The notes under the pieces are model-generated. The model searched no databases. It saw only the letters and a program-made list of their open reading frames with translations, and was not told the origin of the DNA. The position numbers and the translations under genes are program-made. A stretch of 20,716 nucleotides of DNA from an uncultured virus (IMG/VR IMGVR_UViG_3300043496_000149) (Duplodnaviria > Heunggongvirae > Uroviricota > Caudoviricetes): the IMG/VR virus record IMGVR_UViG_3300043496_000149; one strand, written 5' to 3'. This document shows, one piece after another, positions 8,249-16,626 of this stretch (its first letter is position 1; each line of letters begins with the position of its first letter).

Positions 8249-9214
8249 TTAGGCTTTTGGTTCTATCTCCTGTACTATTGCTAAATGTAATTCAGGAACA
8301 CTACCCTTTGCAAATCCATCTATGCGCTCCTGACACTCATGACCTTTACTATGATCCGGTTTCAAACCGCCTACATGGTCACCTTCTACCTGTTTTACCC
8401 AGCCTTTACCTTCTAGATTGGTCCACAACTCAATATGGTCATTTTTCTCAAAGAATACACCTGCTATCTTTATTTTCTTATTTTGGATAGAACTTATCTT
8501 TGGTCCTTTTACTACACAAAGATGGGTTTCTGGATGATTTGGTTCGGTGCCTAGACAGGTTTGTCCTTCCAAAATTGATACACCAGTATCCCACCAACCA
8601 TTACCAGAAGTATGTTGACCACCGAACTTGAGGGAAATGTTGTCCTCATGCTCCATCTCTTTGATTGTTGTTTCTATAATGAATTGGTAGTTTCTATATG
8701 GAATATCTTTAACGTTTTTCTCTATAGTCTCATCATCTGGTTTACCAGAAGCATAATGACGTGTGGTTGGTCCTCTTTGTGTGCTTTGTAAAGACTTTGA
8801 ACCTGCTTTTTGTGGATATGGGCCATCACCTGTTCCTCCAGGTGTCGGATCTACTGGTGGAGGAGGAGGATTATTAGTATCTTCAGGAGGGAAGGGATTT
8901 GTTTTGAAATAGGTGATAAAACCTTCTGCTATTTCTTTCTTTGTGAATTCTGTAGCTACATTTTTACCTACAGCATCTACAACCTTGAATAAGGCTGGAT
9001 TATCCTTCATATTAACCACTTTCCATGCTGCTTTATTGATAATATCAGCACCCCATCCACCTTCCTTTATGATACCTTCTGCTGGTTTTACTGGATTGTC
9101 TGGATCAGGTTCATTTATATCTGTTGTTTTTATGGTAAGATTAGAAAAGTCTACATTACCTGCTAGTTCATATTCATCTCCGTCGATTGTTATTTTCTGT
9201 TTAAATTCTGCCAT
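8249..9214 (-). CDS. Two-domain protein, paralog 2
   Basis: Same N-domain as 7128..8171, PPPPPVDPTP linker, divergent beta-rich C-domain. Confidence 0.85.
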   Translation of the reverse strand: MAEFKQKITIDGDEYELAGNVDFSNLTIKTTDINEPDPDNPVKPAEGIIKEGGWGADIINKAAWKVVNMKDNPALFKVVDAVGKNVATEFTKKEIAEGFITYFKTNPFPPEDTNNPPPPPVDPTPGGTGDGPYPQKAGSKSLQSTQRGPTTRHYASGKPDDETIEKNVKDIPYRNYQFIIETTIKEMEHEDNISLKFGGQHTSGNGWWDTGVSILEGQTCLGTEPNHPETHLCVVKGPKISSIQNKKIKIAGVFFEKNDHIELWTNLEGKGWVKQVEGDHVGGLKPDHSKGHECQERIDGFAKGSVPELHLAIVQEIEPKA

Positions 9215-9238
9215 ATAATGTTCGATATGATTTGTATA

Positions 9239-9264
9239 TAATAAGTGTTATTGCGGTGCTTACA
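9239..9264 (-). promoter_or_regulatory. Promoter element, copy 2
   Basis: Identical to 8196-8221; ends 25 nt before the ATG at 9214. Confidence 0.75.
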
Positions 9265-9309
9265 GAATATCTAATTATAAATATTCAATCGTCTCATTAT
9301 ATAATACAT

Positions 9310-9480
9310 ATGAACAATATGAAAAAAGAAATAGCTACAATAATAGACATGCGATTAAAAGGAGAGACTTATAATGACGAAAAATATACATCTACAGAAC
9401 AGATGAAAATGATTGATGAATTTGTGAAGTCGTATAGTAATATTGCATGGGGAATTCCATATCCTCTAAAAGCAAAATAA
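9310..9480 (+). CDS. Hypothetical small protein (56 aa)
   Basis: Internal ATG (MNNMKKEIATII...) preceded by TTATAAAT at about 9275-9282 and followed by a T-tract. Confidence 0.6.
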   Translation: MNNMKKEIATIIDMRLKGETYNDEKYTSTEQMKMIDEFVKSYSNIAWGIPYPLKAK

Positions 9481-9494
9481 TTTCCTTTTTTTTT
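9481..9494 (+). terminator. Oligo-T archaeal-type terminator
   Basis: TTTCCTTTTTTTTT immediately after the stop at 9480. Confidence 0.55.
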
Positions 9495-9569
9495 ATTAAT
9501 ATTATATAAGTCCCTTTGAGCACCAAAGAAAATCAAAGTATAAATTAATGTCAACACAATGAGTTGTTA

Positions 9570-9773
9570 ATGGTAAAACAAATACAAGAAAGTCAAGAAC
9601 AAATATCGCCCGAACTACTTAATAAATTCGATAATGATGAGGAGTTAATTAGACAATTCCTTGATCAAGGCTATTCCATAGGGGAATTAAGCACCGCAAC
9701 AATCCTACATCCTACCGAATTAGACCCAGTAGTAATTATTAAAGGTGGTCATGTAGCTGGTTTTTGGCTCTAA
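9570..9773 (+). CDS. Hypothetical small acidic protein
   Basis: MVKQIQESQ...; TATAAATT at about 9539-9546; T8 tract at 9783-9790 downstream. Confidence 0.65.
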   Translation: MVKQIQESQEQISPELLNKFDNDEELIRQFLDQGYSIGELSTATILHPTELDPVVIIKGGHVAGFWL

Positions 9774-9810
9774 TTTTCTATATTTTTTTTGGTTCGGTGC
9801 GGAAAGGAGG

Positions 9811-9993
9811 ATGATTATGGATCAATTAATACCTTTTATATTATCCACTATTGCACTTGTTACTGCGATGTATGTTTTTACATCCTTTCAATTACAACAT
9901 AAAAAAGAAGTTAAAAGATGGGATCAGATAATAAGAGAAATGGATAAAGACTTGCAGGAGTTAAGGAAGCTAAATGGGTATTCTAATTCCTAG
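9811..9993 (+). CDS. Small membrane-anchored coiled-coil protein
   Basis: AGGAGG upstream; hydrophobic N-terminus then charged helix. Confidence 0.7.
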   Translation: MIMDQLIPFILSTIALVTAMYVFTSFQLQHKKEVKRWDQIIREMDKDLQELRKLNGYSNS

Positions 9994-10561
9994 ACAACTG
10001 ACTCAACAACAATATATTAAGGTATTTTCTAATCCTGTAAGCGGTATTGCCTGTGAAGTTTCTGCTTATATGCGTGATCATGGTGTTAAACACAACATTC
10101 AGAATATTAGATATAGCAAGTCCATGATACTTAATGCGTTAAAGTTTTGGAGTGACCAATTATTTAATTATTATTTAAAAATTACAAAGATAACTAACCC
10201 ATTAGCACCACAACATGATTCAGGTCAACATACATTGATGGATATAAACACTTTAAATGAAACTATAGAACTTGTTAAGAAATTTCCTGATACATTTCTC
10301 TTCTCGCACCGGTATATTCAGAGAATTAATCCAAATAATTATACACAGGGTATGAAAATACAAAGCAAATTGTTAGAAGATAAATATCCGATATCAATAC
10401 AATTTCAGAAAGGTAGTGGTGATCCACATTATCCTATGACTACATTTCCAAATTTTATATTCACCATATTTCCTAATGAACATCCATATATTATTAAGCA
10501 AAAGATTACAAAAGTTGGGATGACTGATCGTGGTAATGTCTACGTGATGTTATCGAAATGA
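9974..10561 (+). CDS. Hypothetical protein (195 aa)
   Basis: ORF track; ATGA overlap with next gene. Confidence 0.8.
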   Translation: MGILIPRQLTQQQYIKVFSNPVSGIACEVSAYMRDHGVKHNIQNIRYSKSMILNALKFWSDQLFNYYLKITKITNPLAPQHDSGQHTLMDINTLNETIELVKKFPDTFLFSHRYIQRINPNNYTQGMKIQSKLLEDKYPISIQFQKGSGDPHYPMTTFPNFIFTIFPNEHPYIIKQKITKVGMTDRGNVYVMLSK

Positions 10562-11391
10562 TTAGACCATTTTGTATTGTATATTCAGACAATAATATGA
10601 AAGGTAAGTATCATTTCTTTGATCACCGTTCTAATGAACTTGCCATATATAAGAAAATACCAAAGAACTTCTTGGATAAGTTATTATCATATCCTATAAC
10701 TGCATTTGGATATAGGTTTGTAGATTTTCAAGAATATATTAACCCTAAATTTGAGAAGCATGAAGTAATTAAAGCATTAGATTTCTGGATAGAATATTGG
10801 GTTTATAAGAATAAATGTGATTATATTTTGGAAGGTACAGTTAATCAAGATTTCGAATTGACGGTGCGGGAACTGATTGAGACCAGGGAAGCGGTCTTAA
10901 AATACACTGCTGATACCCAGTTTGTTAGGAATAAGATTAGAGTTGGACCTGAACCAGATAGTAAGAATTTTAATTGGCAAATGGGTAGATATTATTACCG
11001 ATATCAGAACGGTATAGTAGATACCAATATGAGAGGAACAGAGATCACTAAATATAGTAAGAAATATAATCTGGCTTTTCCTAGACCAAAACCATTATTT
11101 CAACCGGCAGTAGATCAGATGATAGAGTTTACAGAGAACGTGGTAGACTCTAGTAACAGTTCTGTAGTGAGCACCGTAGATCAGTTCTGCTATAAAGTAG
11201 TAAAAATGACCTATAAAGAATATATGAACCGAAATCAGATTAAAGGAACTATCAAATACGATTATAGTCAGAATTTCAGAGATGATAATAGGTTTGATTT
11301 TACCAATCTTATGCCTACTGGTGGTATTGATGCGGTTCATGAGAATATATTTACTGCCACAACTACTTCGGCGCTTGCAGGAGGAGGATGA
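10558..11391 (+). CDS. Hypothetical protein (277 aa)
   Basis: Long ORF in AT-rich DNA. Confidence 0.85.
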   Translation: MIRPFCIVYSDNNMKGKYHFFDHRSNELAIYKKIPKNFLDKLLSYPITAFGYRFVDFQEYINPKFEKHEVIKALDFWIEYWVYKNKCDYILEGTVNQDFELTVRELIETREAVLKYTADTQFVRNKIRVGPEPDSKNFNWQMGRYYYRYQNGIVDTNMRGTEITKYSKKYNLAFPRPKPLFQPAVDQMIEFTENVVDSSNSSVVSTVDQFCYKVVKMTYKEYMNRNQIKGTIKYDYSQNFRDDNRFDFTNLMPTGGIDAVHENIFTATTTSALAGGG

Positions 11392-11398
11392 TGATTAA

Positions 11399-12052
11399 TT
11401 AATTAATACTGTTAACTATCTTCTCTCTTATCTCCCTGTTTTTTCTCTCTATCTCTTCATCATCATCTGGTTCAATTTTATAGAAATGGTATGGATTTAC
11501 CCTACTAACATTATAACTACCATCTTCATTATAACTCAGAGTCTTCATCTGGTCATATGTTTTTCCTTTCTTTAAGATAATGTATAGAGGTACTATAATG
11601 TATTCCTGTCTTTGTTCCCATAATGTGTTATTATACGGTGCGGAAAGGCTTGTACCATCTGGGAGTACCGTTATCCTATAAAATGATCTAAATGTATAAT
11701 GGGTGCCTACACTTTTGTTCTTTAGGAATTCACGAATGTATTGTTCTAACTTCATATCAACAGGCTTTGCATGATATGAATCATCAATAAATAATTCTGA
11801 TTTTTCGGTGCGTAGAGCCTGTATTATTTGCTCTAGTTTGGTCAAATCCTGTTGATTATTTATCTTTTTAGACCATGTTATCTCTTCTTTATCATTCATT
11901 TTAAATGACTTTAATTCTGCTAACCATTCATGATTGTCTTTGATTATACGGAATAGGTTCTCATGACATTTGGGCACCGCAATCATAAATGTAGGCTTAT
12001 TCATGGGTAGGTTACGTAAAGAAGGGTTATCATTTTCAAAAATTATACTCAT
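11399..12052 (-). CDS. Hypothetical protein (217 aa; start revised to 12052)
   Basis: MSIIFENDNPSLRNLP...; using ATG 12052 removes the overlap with the divergent gene. Confidence 0.8.
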   Translation of the reverse strand: MSIIFENDNPSLRNLPMNKPTFMIAVPKCHENLFRIIKDNHEWLAELKSFKMNDKEEITWSKKINNQQDLTKLEQIIQALRTEKSELFIDDSYHAKPVDMKLEQYIREFLKNKSVGTHYTFRSFYRITVLPDGTSLSAPYNNTLWEQRQEYIIVPLYIILKKGKTYDQMKTLSYNEDGSYNVSRVNPYHFYKIEPDDDEEIERKNREIREKIVNSIN

Positions 12053-12113
12053 TATACAAATTACACAAAACCCTCCACAAACATATATATCTTTCATCTC
12101 GGACATCAATAAT
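12053..12113. promoter_or_regulatory. Compact divergent promoter with central CATATATATC
   Basis: 61-bp gap between divergent ATGs; TA repeat at 12083-12090. Confidence 0.55.
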
Positions 12114-12644
12114 ATGGTTTTAGAAAACGTAACTGCAATCATAACTGATGTAGTGAACCCATCAGGCTCAGGAGCAAACGAATATGTATGGATATTCCTC
12201 ATTATAGGAGGAATTGTTGGTACATTTTTAGGAGTAATGCTACCCTATTATAGAGAGAAGCGTAAATTTGGTAAAGAAGGTATTGATCTGTTCTTTGACA
12301 AGGACTTTCTCAAGACAGGAGCAGGTGCATTAGTGATTTCTGTTGTGGTTGTAGGAGCGATTTACCCACAATTATTAGCAAATAGTGACCCAGCAGCTTC
12401 ATATGGATCAGCCTTCATTGCAGCAGCAACACTTGCATTCACATTGAACATCGGTGGTAACTGGATCATAGGAACAAACAACTCATCAGCAGAGGCACAA
12501 TTGGTAGATAAGAAAGCACAAGTTTTATTGGCTACAAGACAATTGAACAGTCAGAATAACTCTGTAGGCACCGCACAAAACAACACGACGACAACTACCG
12601 GCGGACCAGTAGTAGGCGGAGAAAATTCACCAACTCAACCTTAA
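12114..12644 (+). CDS. Three-helix membrane protein with low-complexity tail (start revised to 12114)
   Basis: MVLENVTAII...; hydrophobic segments VWIFLIIGGIVGTFLGVML, GAGALVISVVVVGAIY, AFIAAATLAFTLNIGG; T-tract follows. Confidence 0.8.
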   Translation: MVLENVTAIITDVVNPSGSGANEYVWIFLIIGGIVGTFLGVMLPYYREKRKFGKEGIDLFFDKDFLKTGAGALVISVVVVGAIYPQLLANSDPAASYGSAFIAAATLAFTLNIGGNWIIGTNNSSAEAQLVDKKAQVLLATRQLNSQNNSVGTAQNNTTTTTGGPVVGGENSPTQP

Positions 12645-12701
12645 TTTTTTTTATACCCTACATCATTTTTTTAAACTATTTTACTATAATATAATTAACA
12701 A

Positions 12702-12914
12702 ATGGTAGATTTAATAACTGGCATAATAATTCTAGTAATAGGCATTTTTCTAGTCTTTGTGTCAAGAGCATTTCAAGGAACTGTTAGAACAGTGCTGTAC
12801 TATCTGGGATTGGCATTAGTAATAATTGGGGCAATAGTCGTTATCGTTGCTGTGGTGTATATAGCAATGCTTGTTGCGCCGCTAGCGGCTGGACTGCTTC
12901 TATCTCCTCTCTAA
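12702..12914 (+). CDS. Very hydrophobic small membrane protein (70 aa)
   Basis: Almost entirely apolar, 2-3 predicted helices; T7 tract after the stop. Confidence 0.8.
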   Translation: MVDLITGIIILVIGIFLVFVSRAFQGTVRTVLYYLGLALVIIGAIVVIVAVVYIAMLVAPLAAGLLLSPL

Positions 12915-12929
12915 CCTAACTTTTTTTAT

Positions 12930-13208
12930 TTAAAAAAACCATTCTTTCAAACAGTTTTTGCAATAAGCACTCCATAAATATATAACCGGTTCTTGGATAG
13001 TACCCGCTACCTCTTCACCGTCTATGACATTTGCAGTAGAACACTCTTTATCACATTTTAAGCACCATACCATATAAAACTCTAATTCTATTGGTCTACC
13101 ATAATTTACTGCTTGGGATCTATGAATTCTCTTTTCGGTGCTGACACGCACGTCATCGTATTTTCTCTGTGGGGTATGGTATTGTCGCAGTGGGTCTGGT
13201 TGTAACAT
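12930..13208 (-). CDS. Zinc-ribbon-like protein
   Basis: WCLKC ... YCKNC pair. Confidence 0.7.
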   Translation of the reverse strand: MLQPDPLRQYHTPQRKYDDVRVSTEKRIHRSQAVNYGRPIELEFYMVWCLKCDKECSTANVIDGEEVAGTIQEPVIYLWSAYCKNCLKEWFF

Positions 13209-13217
13209 TCTATCTAT

Positions 13218-13307
13218 CTATCTTAGATGTCTTGCCCACAAATATAATACTGTTACTGACATTCCTACTATCAATCCTGCTGCAAATATTTCAAACAATG
13301 TCTTCAC
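13218..13307 (-). CDS. Putative 29-aa membrane peptide
   Basis: GTGA overlap with upstream stop; MKTLFEIFAAGLIVGMSVTVLYLWARHLR*. Confidence 0.5.
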   Translation of the reverse strand: MKTLFEIFAAGLIVGMSVTVLYLWARHLR

Positions 13308-13459
13308 TCATCATAATCCTCAGCCTCATGAACCAATTTAACTATTTCTTCGGCATGATCATCTAGAAAAGAAGATTCATATGAATTTTCTTCAAAACAT
13401 TTTCCGTCAAGATATTTAGCCACTTTCCGCACCGCCTCAGATTCATAAGGTTCAATCAT
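13304..13459 (-). CDS. Putative 51-aa acidic protein
   Basis: MIEPYESEAVRKVAKYLDGKCFEENSY...EAEDYDE*; fills the gap in the leftward operon. Confidence 0.55.
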   Translation of the reverse strand: MIEPYESEAVRKVAKYLDGKCFEENSYESSFLDDHAEEIVKLVHEAEDYDE

Positions 13460-13473
13460 ATCTAATGTTACAA

Positions 13474-13680
13474 TTATTTGATTTTCTCATATAAATTAAC
13501 CAGTCTATTATCTATATCCTTTATTTTTTGATTAGTATCATTGACTATAGGTAAACCTTTTTCCTGATTATTGAGCATTTTAGTTTGATTCTGTACCATA
13601 ATAAAAGTGTTAATTGATAAGATGATTACCGCACCGAGACACAAATATAATAAAAAATCTTTAATTGTTTGTTTTACCAT
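13474..13680 (-). CDS. Small membrane-anchored coiled-coil protein
   Basis: N-terminal TM; AAATGTTTTATAA promoter-like element about 28-40 nt upstream. Confidence 0.7.
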   Translation of the reverse strand: MVKQTIKDFLLYLCLGAVIILSINTFIMVQNQTKMLNNQEKGLPIVNDTNQKIKDIDNRLVNLYEKIK

Positions 13681-13719
13681 TTGAATAAAAGAGATTAGTT
13701 TGAACGGTTATAAAACATT

Positions 13720-13866
13720 TTATTTATAGACTAACTTTTTAGTTCCACCATTCTTCGAGATTGCTCCTGCGACCTTTGCTAATTCTGGTTTTTTTGATGC
13801 AATATTCCCAAGTTCATTTGCAGACCATCCAATTGTATTAACGAGTTTTTTCTTAGCTGCGACCAT
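13720..13866 (-). CDS. Putative 48-aa basic Lys/Ala-rich protein
   Basis: MVAAKKKLVNTIGWSANELGNIASKKPELAKVAGAISKNGGTKKLVYK* (hand translation). Confidence 0.6.
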   Translation of the reverse strand: MVAAKKKLVNTIGWSANELGNIASKKPELAKVAGAISKNGGTKKLVYK

Positions 13867-13938
13867 TTTATAATATATATTTAGATATAGAAGATGATAA
13901 AGTTTTATTACCCTATCATCCTCCAGTCATTGGTTTAG

Positions 13939-14418
13939 ATGACTAGGAGACTTAAATCTGTTAGAAATAAATACTTTTGTAATAATTGTTTTGACCGTAA
14001 TTGGTTAATTGAATGTAAATGTGGTTGTGGTGAGATCTTAAGTAGATATGATAGATATTATATGAAAAGAGATTTCATAAAAGGCCATGGTAATAGACTG
14101 AAAGATTTTAGTAAATATCCTAAAGGAATAGACAGTCATAGCTATAAATTTGGAAGATATAAACAATCTCATGGTTATTGGATATTAAGCAGTATGTATG
14201 GATATACTAATGCTGATAAAAAAGGAACAATTAGAGAACATATTTACTTCTTCCAAGAGTATTATCAATGTTCATTATTACCTTGGGGAATTATTCATCA
14301 TATAATTCCTGTAACTAGAGACTATTGTAATAATATGCCGTGGAATTTGATGGGTATGATGAAAGGACAACATTTTAGATTACATAAAACGATTAAGAAA
14401 ACTAAATTTATATTATAA
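13939..14418 (+). CDS. HNH-family endonuclease with N-terminal Cys modules, opposite strand to neighbours
   Basis: CNNC, ECKCGCGE, FIKGH, GTIREHIY, IIHHIIP...NNMPWNL...H; AAAGTTTTATTA promoter at 13899-13910. Confidence 0.8.
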   Translation: MTRRLKSVRNKYFCNNCFDRNWLIECKCGCGEILSRYDRYYMKRDFIKGHGNRLKDFSKYPKGIDSHSYKFGRYKQSHGYWILSSMYGYTNADKKGTIREHIYFFQEYYQCSLLPWGIIHHIIPVTRDYCNNMPWNLMGMMKGQHFRLHKTIKKTKFIL

Positions 14419-14485
14419 TCTGTAACGGTGCTCGAAGCATAAAAATATTATTTAGGGTAAAAATTAAAAAAATAAAGGAGGGTTA

Positions 14486-15343
14486 TTAATCGTCGTTGTT
14501 GTTATTATCGTTATCTCCGTTATCATCATTATTGTTGTTATTATTTGATGATGCTAATCCGGTTGGAGGTAAGACTACAGCACCTGGGTCTGTAACGCTA
14601 TCGTTTCCACCAGTTCCATTATTATTGTTGTCAAGTACAGTTCCGTCGTCTATTATAACAGTTCCATTGTCACCGTTGTCGATGATAATTGGGGGTAAAG
14701 GTCCATTTGTATCATTACCTGTTCCTGGTGTTATTGGTACAGTTCCATCTGGATTCACTGGGCTTGTGACATTACCTGAATTATCGTCAGTAACATTACC
14801 TACTACTGGGATATCAGTTACGTTTCCACCATCATTATCTGTTACATTACCTACTACTGGTCCCGTAACATTACCCTCTACTGGGTTTGTTACATTGCCT
14901 GTATTGTCGGTTACATTGCCACCATCACCAGTATCTACTTGAGGAACATCTATGATTACAGTTCCATTAACTCCATCTTTACCGGCTGGTCCTTGAATTC
15001 CTTGTTCTCCTTGAGCTCCAGTTTCACCCTGTGGTCCTGCTGGTCCCTGGATTCCGTCCTGTCCTGCTGGGCCTTGTGGACCTTCTTGTCCTTGTGGACC
15101 TGCTGGACCTTGTGCACCATCGGCGCCTGGAATAGAATTAATATTAATTGTTAATTGAAGTTGTGCTATCGGTTCGCCATTAAGTTCTGCGTTTGTTGCG
15201 CTTACATTGACTTGGTTTGCGTTGTCTAAAGTTACATTCCTTTGTTGCTGTTGGGCAAATGCTGAACTACTAGACAGACCTGCTGTCATCATGCTTAATA
15301 CAGATAATATTCCTATTACTGCTAATATTGAGATATTTCTCAT
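14486..15343 (-). CDS. Secreted collagen-like glycoprotein
   Basis: Signal peptide ending AFA; 19 consecutive Gly-X-Y triplets; seven GNVT repeats; Asn/Asp tail; AAATATATATAG box about 21-32 nt upstream. Confidence 0.9.
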   Translation of the reverse strand: MRNISILAVIGILSVLSMMTAGLSSSSAFAQQQQRNVTLDNANQVNVSATNAELNGEPIAQLQLTININSIPGADGAQGPAGPQGQEGPQGPAGQDGIQGPAGPQGETGAQGEQGIQGPAGKDGVNGTVIIDVPQVDTGDGGNVTDNTGNVTNPVEGNVTGPVVGNVTDNDGGNVTDIPVVGNVTDDNSGNVTSPVNPDGTVPITPGTGNDTNGPLPPIIIDNGDNGTVIIDDGTVLDNNNNGTGGNDSVTDPGAVVLPPTGLASSNNNNNNDDNGDNDNNNNDD

Positions 15344-15387
15344 ACTAATAGTTGTGATATCGGCTATATATATTTAGCACAAAGTCA

Positions 15388-16218
15388 TCATTTGTTGATA
15401 TACCTCTTTAAAGAATTCAGTTGGTATCTCGTGACTTTTTCATTCCAATCACTGAGCTGACGGAATATATCCAGAATGAATTCCATATCAAATCCATTAC
15501 TCTGTAGATAAATACCGAGTTTTATTCTTTGACGGTGCCCAAGGTGATGGTCTCTGTAGGCAATTTCTATTAATTCTTTGATGGATTCTGGTATATTCCC
15601 TTTAGACGGTGCTCGCTGCTTGTCATACTCTGGATATTTTCCTTTAAGCACCGAAACACATTCATTAATCAGATCATTATCCTTATAGACCTTCATACTC
15701 TTGATTTTCTGGTATAATCTTTGTTCTAAAGAAAGGCGTAATAGGTAAATAAAGCGTTGATATTCCAGATATACAAAACCGTTATACAGTGTTTGGTTTA
15801 CTAGATCGAATTGCGGTGCTTGGACGGACAGTCCTTCCTCTAGTAACTCTAGATAATCAATACAATGAATTTTTACAAACGGTTGTTTATGCACCGACTC
15901 GAATAAAATATCTTTAAATATACCAAAATACTCTAAAATCTCAATCCTTACCTCCTTGTTGAGAAAATCCTTAATCAGTCTGGATTCGAAAGTCTTAGCG
16001 TAGTTAGCCACAAACTTCCTTGTCAGGTAGTTGTTGTTTACACACCGCAGTATGATCATAGATGCCAGCCACACTGGAAGATCAAGGTCTAAAATATTGG
16101 TAGGACTGTATTTCTCTATGTTTTCTTTAGCATATAATACCGACTGTTCATCAAATTCGTTAATATGTCGGTGCTGTAAGGCTCCTTTAAGCACCGGATA
16201 ATAAGAATAATTAATCAT
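15388..16218 (-). CDS. priL: Archaeal DNA primase large subunit-like protein, lacking Fe-S cysteines
   Basis: LVNQTLYNGFVYL and IPESIKELI...HLGHRQRIKLGIYL...ILDIFRQLSDWNEKVTRYQL match the PriL pattern (PPC...L.H..R..L..YL...F...PD.NE..T.YQ). Confidence 0.8.
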   Translation of the reverse strand: MINYSYYPVLKGALQHRHINEFDEQSVLYAKENIEKYSPTNILDLDLPVWLASMIILRCVNNNYLTRKFVANYAKTFESRLIKDFLNKEVRIEILEYFGIFKDILFESVHKQPFVKIHCIDYLELLEEGLSVQAPQFDLVNQTLYNGFVYLEYQRFIYLLRLSLEQRLYQKIKSMKVYKDNDLINECVSVLKGKYPEYDKQRAPSKGNIPESIKELIEIAYRDHHLGHRQRIKLGIYLQSNGFDMEFILDIFRQLSDWNEKVTRYQLNSLKRYINK

Positions 16219-16343
16219 TCTATTTCATGTTTATTACATTTAAAACATATTCGTCGTTTGAAATACAGAGTAGTACCATCTCCTTGTATACATCCAGGAT
16301 ACTTTCTATATCTCCATTCATGTTTACAATCTTCTTTATTCAT
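16215..16343 (-). CDS. Putative 42-aa CxH...CxxC zinc-finger protein
   Basis: MNKEDCKHEWRYRKYPGC...RRICFKCNKHEIE*; ATGA overlap with the priL start. Confidence 0.65.
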   Translation of the reverse strand: MNKEDCKHEWRYRKYPGCIQGDGTTLYFKRRICFKCNKHEIE

Positions 16344-16605
16344 ATTTATCTTCCGTAATCTCTAATTTCTCCCTAAAGAAACTTCCATGGCATAAAGTAA
16401 CTATATTATCGGTGCGGTCACAAACATGAAATACCTCTCCAAATTCAAAATCCATTCCATCAAAATCAAATACAATTACATGATACCTATCCCATTCAGC
16501 AGTTTTCAAATACTCTTTAAACCGTTCAAGCACCGATCTATATTCATCAGTAGATCTAAGATAGTCTATAAATTCTAATGATTTAGATTTAATTTCAGTG
16601 CTCAA
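16336..16605 (-). CDS. Hypothetical protein (89 aa)
   Basis: ORF track; TTG start; operonic. Confidence 0.7.
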   Translation of the reverse strand: MSTEIKSKSLEFIDYLRSTDEYRSVLERFKEYLKTAEWDRYHVIVFDFDGMDFEFGEVFHVCDRTDNIVTLCHGSFFREKLEITEDKYE

Positions 16606-16626
16606 AGGCCTTCAGGCATCGTCCTA

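Noticed and set aside
7128..9214. Diversity-generating retroelement TR/VR pair
   Set aside because: Similarity is in the N-terminal coding region, differences are not evidently adenine-specific, and no reverse transcriptase is present.
7861..9218. Plus-strand ORFs 7861..8184 and 8913..9218 that resemble each other
   Set aside because: Antisense shadows of the real paralogous minus-strand genes.
11970..12202. Apparent 233-bp overlap of divergent genes in the ORF track
   Set aside because: Internal ATGs at 12052 and 12114 give a clean promoter gap.
14496..15154. Plus-strand ORFs 14496..14942 and 14939..15154
   Set aside because: Antisense shadows of the repetitive collagen-like gene.
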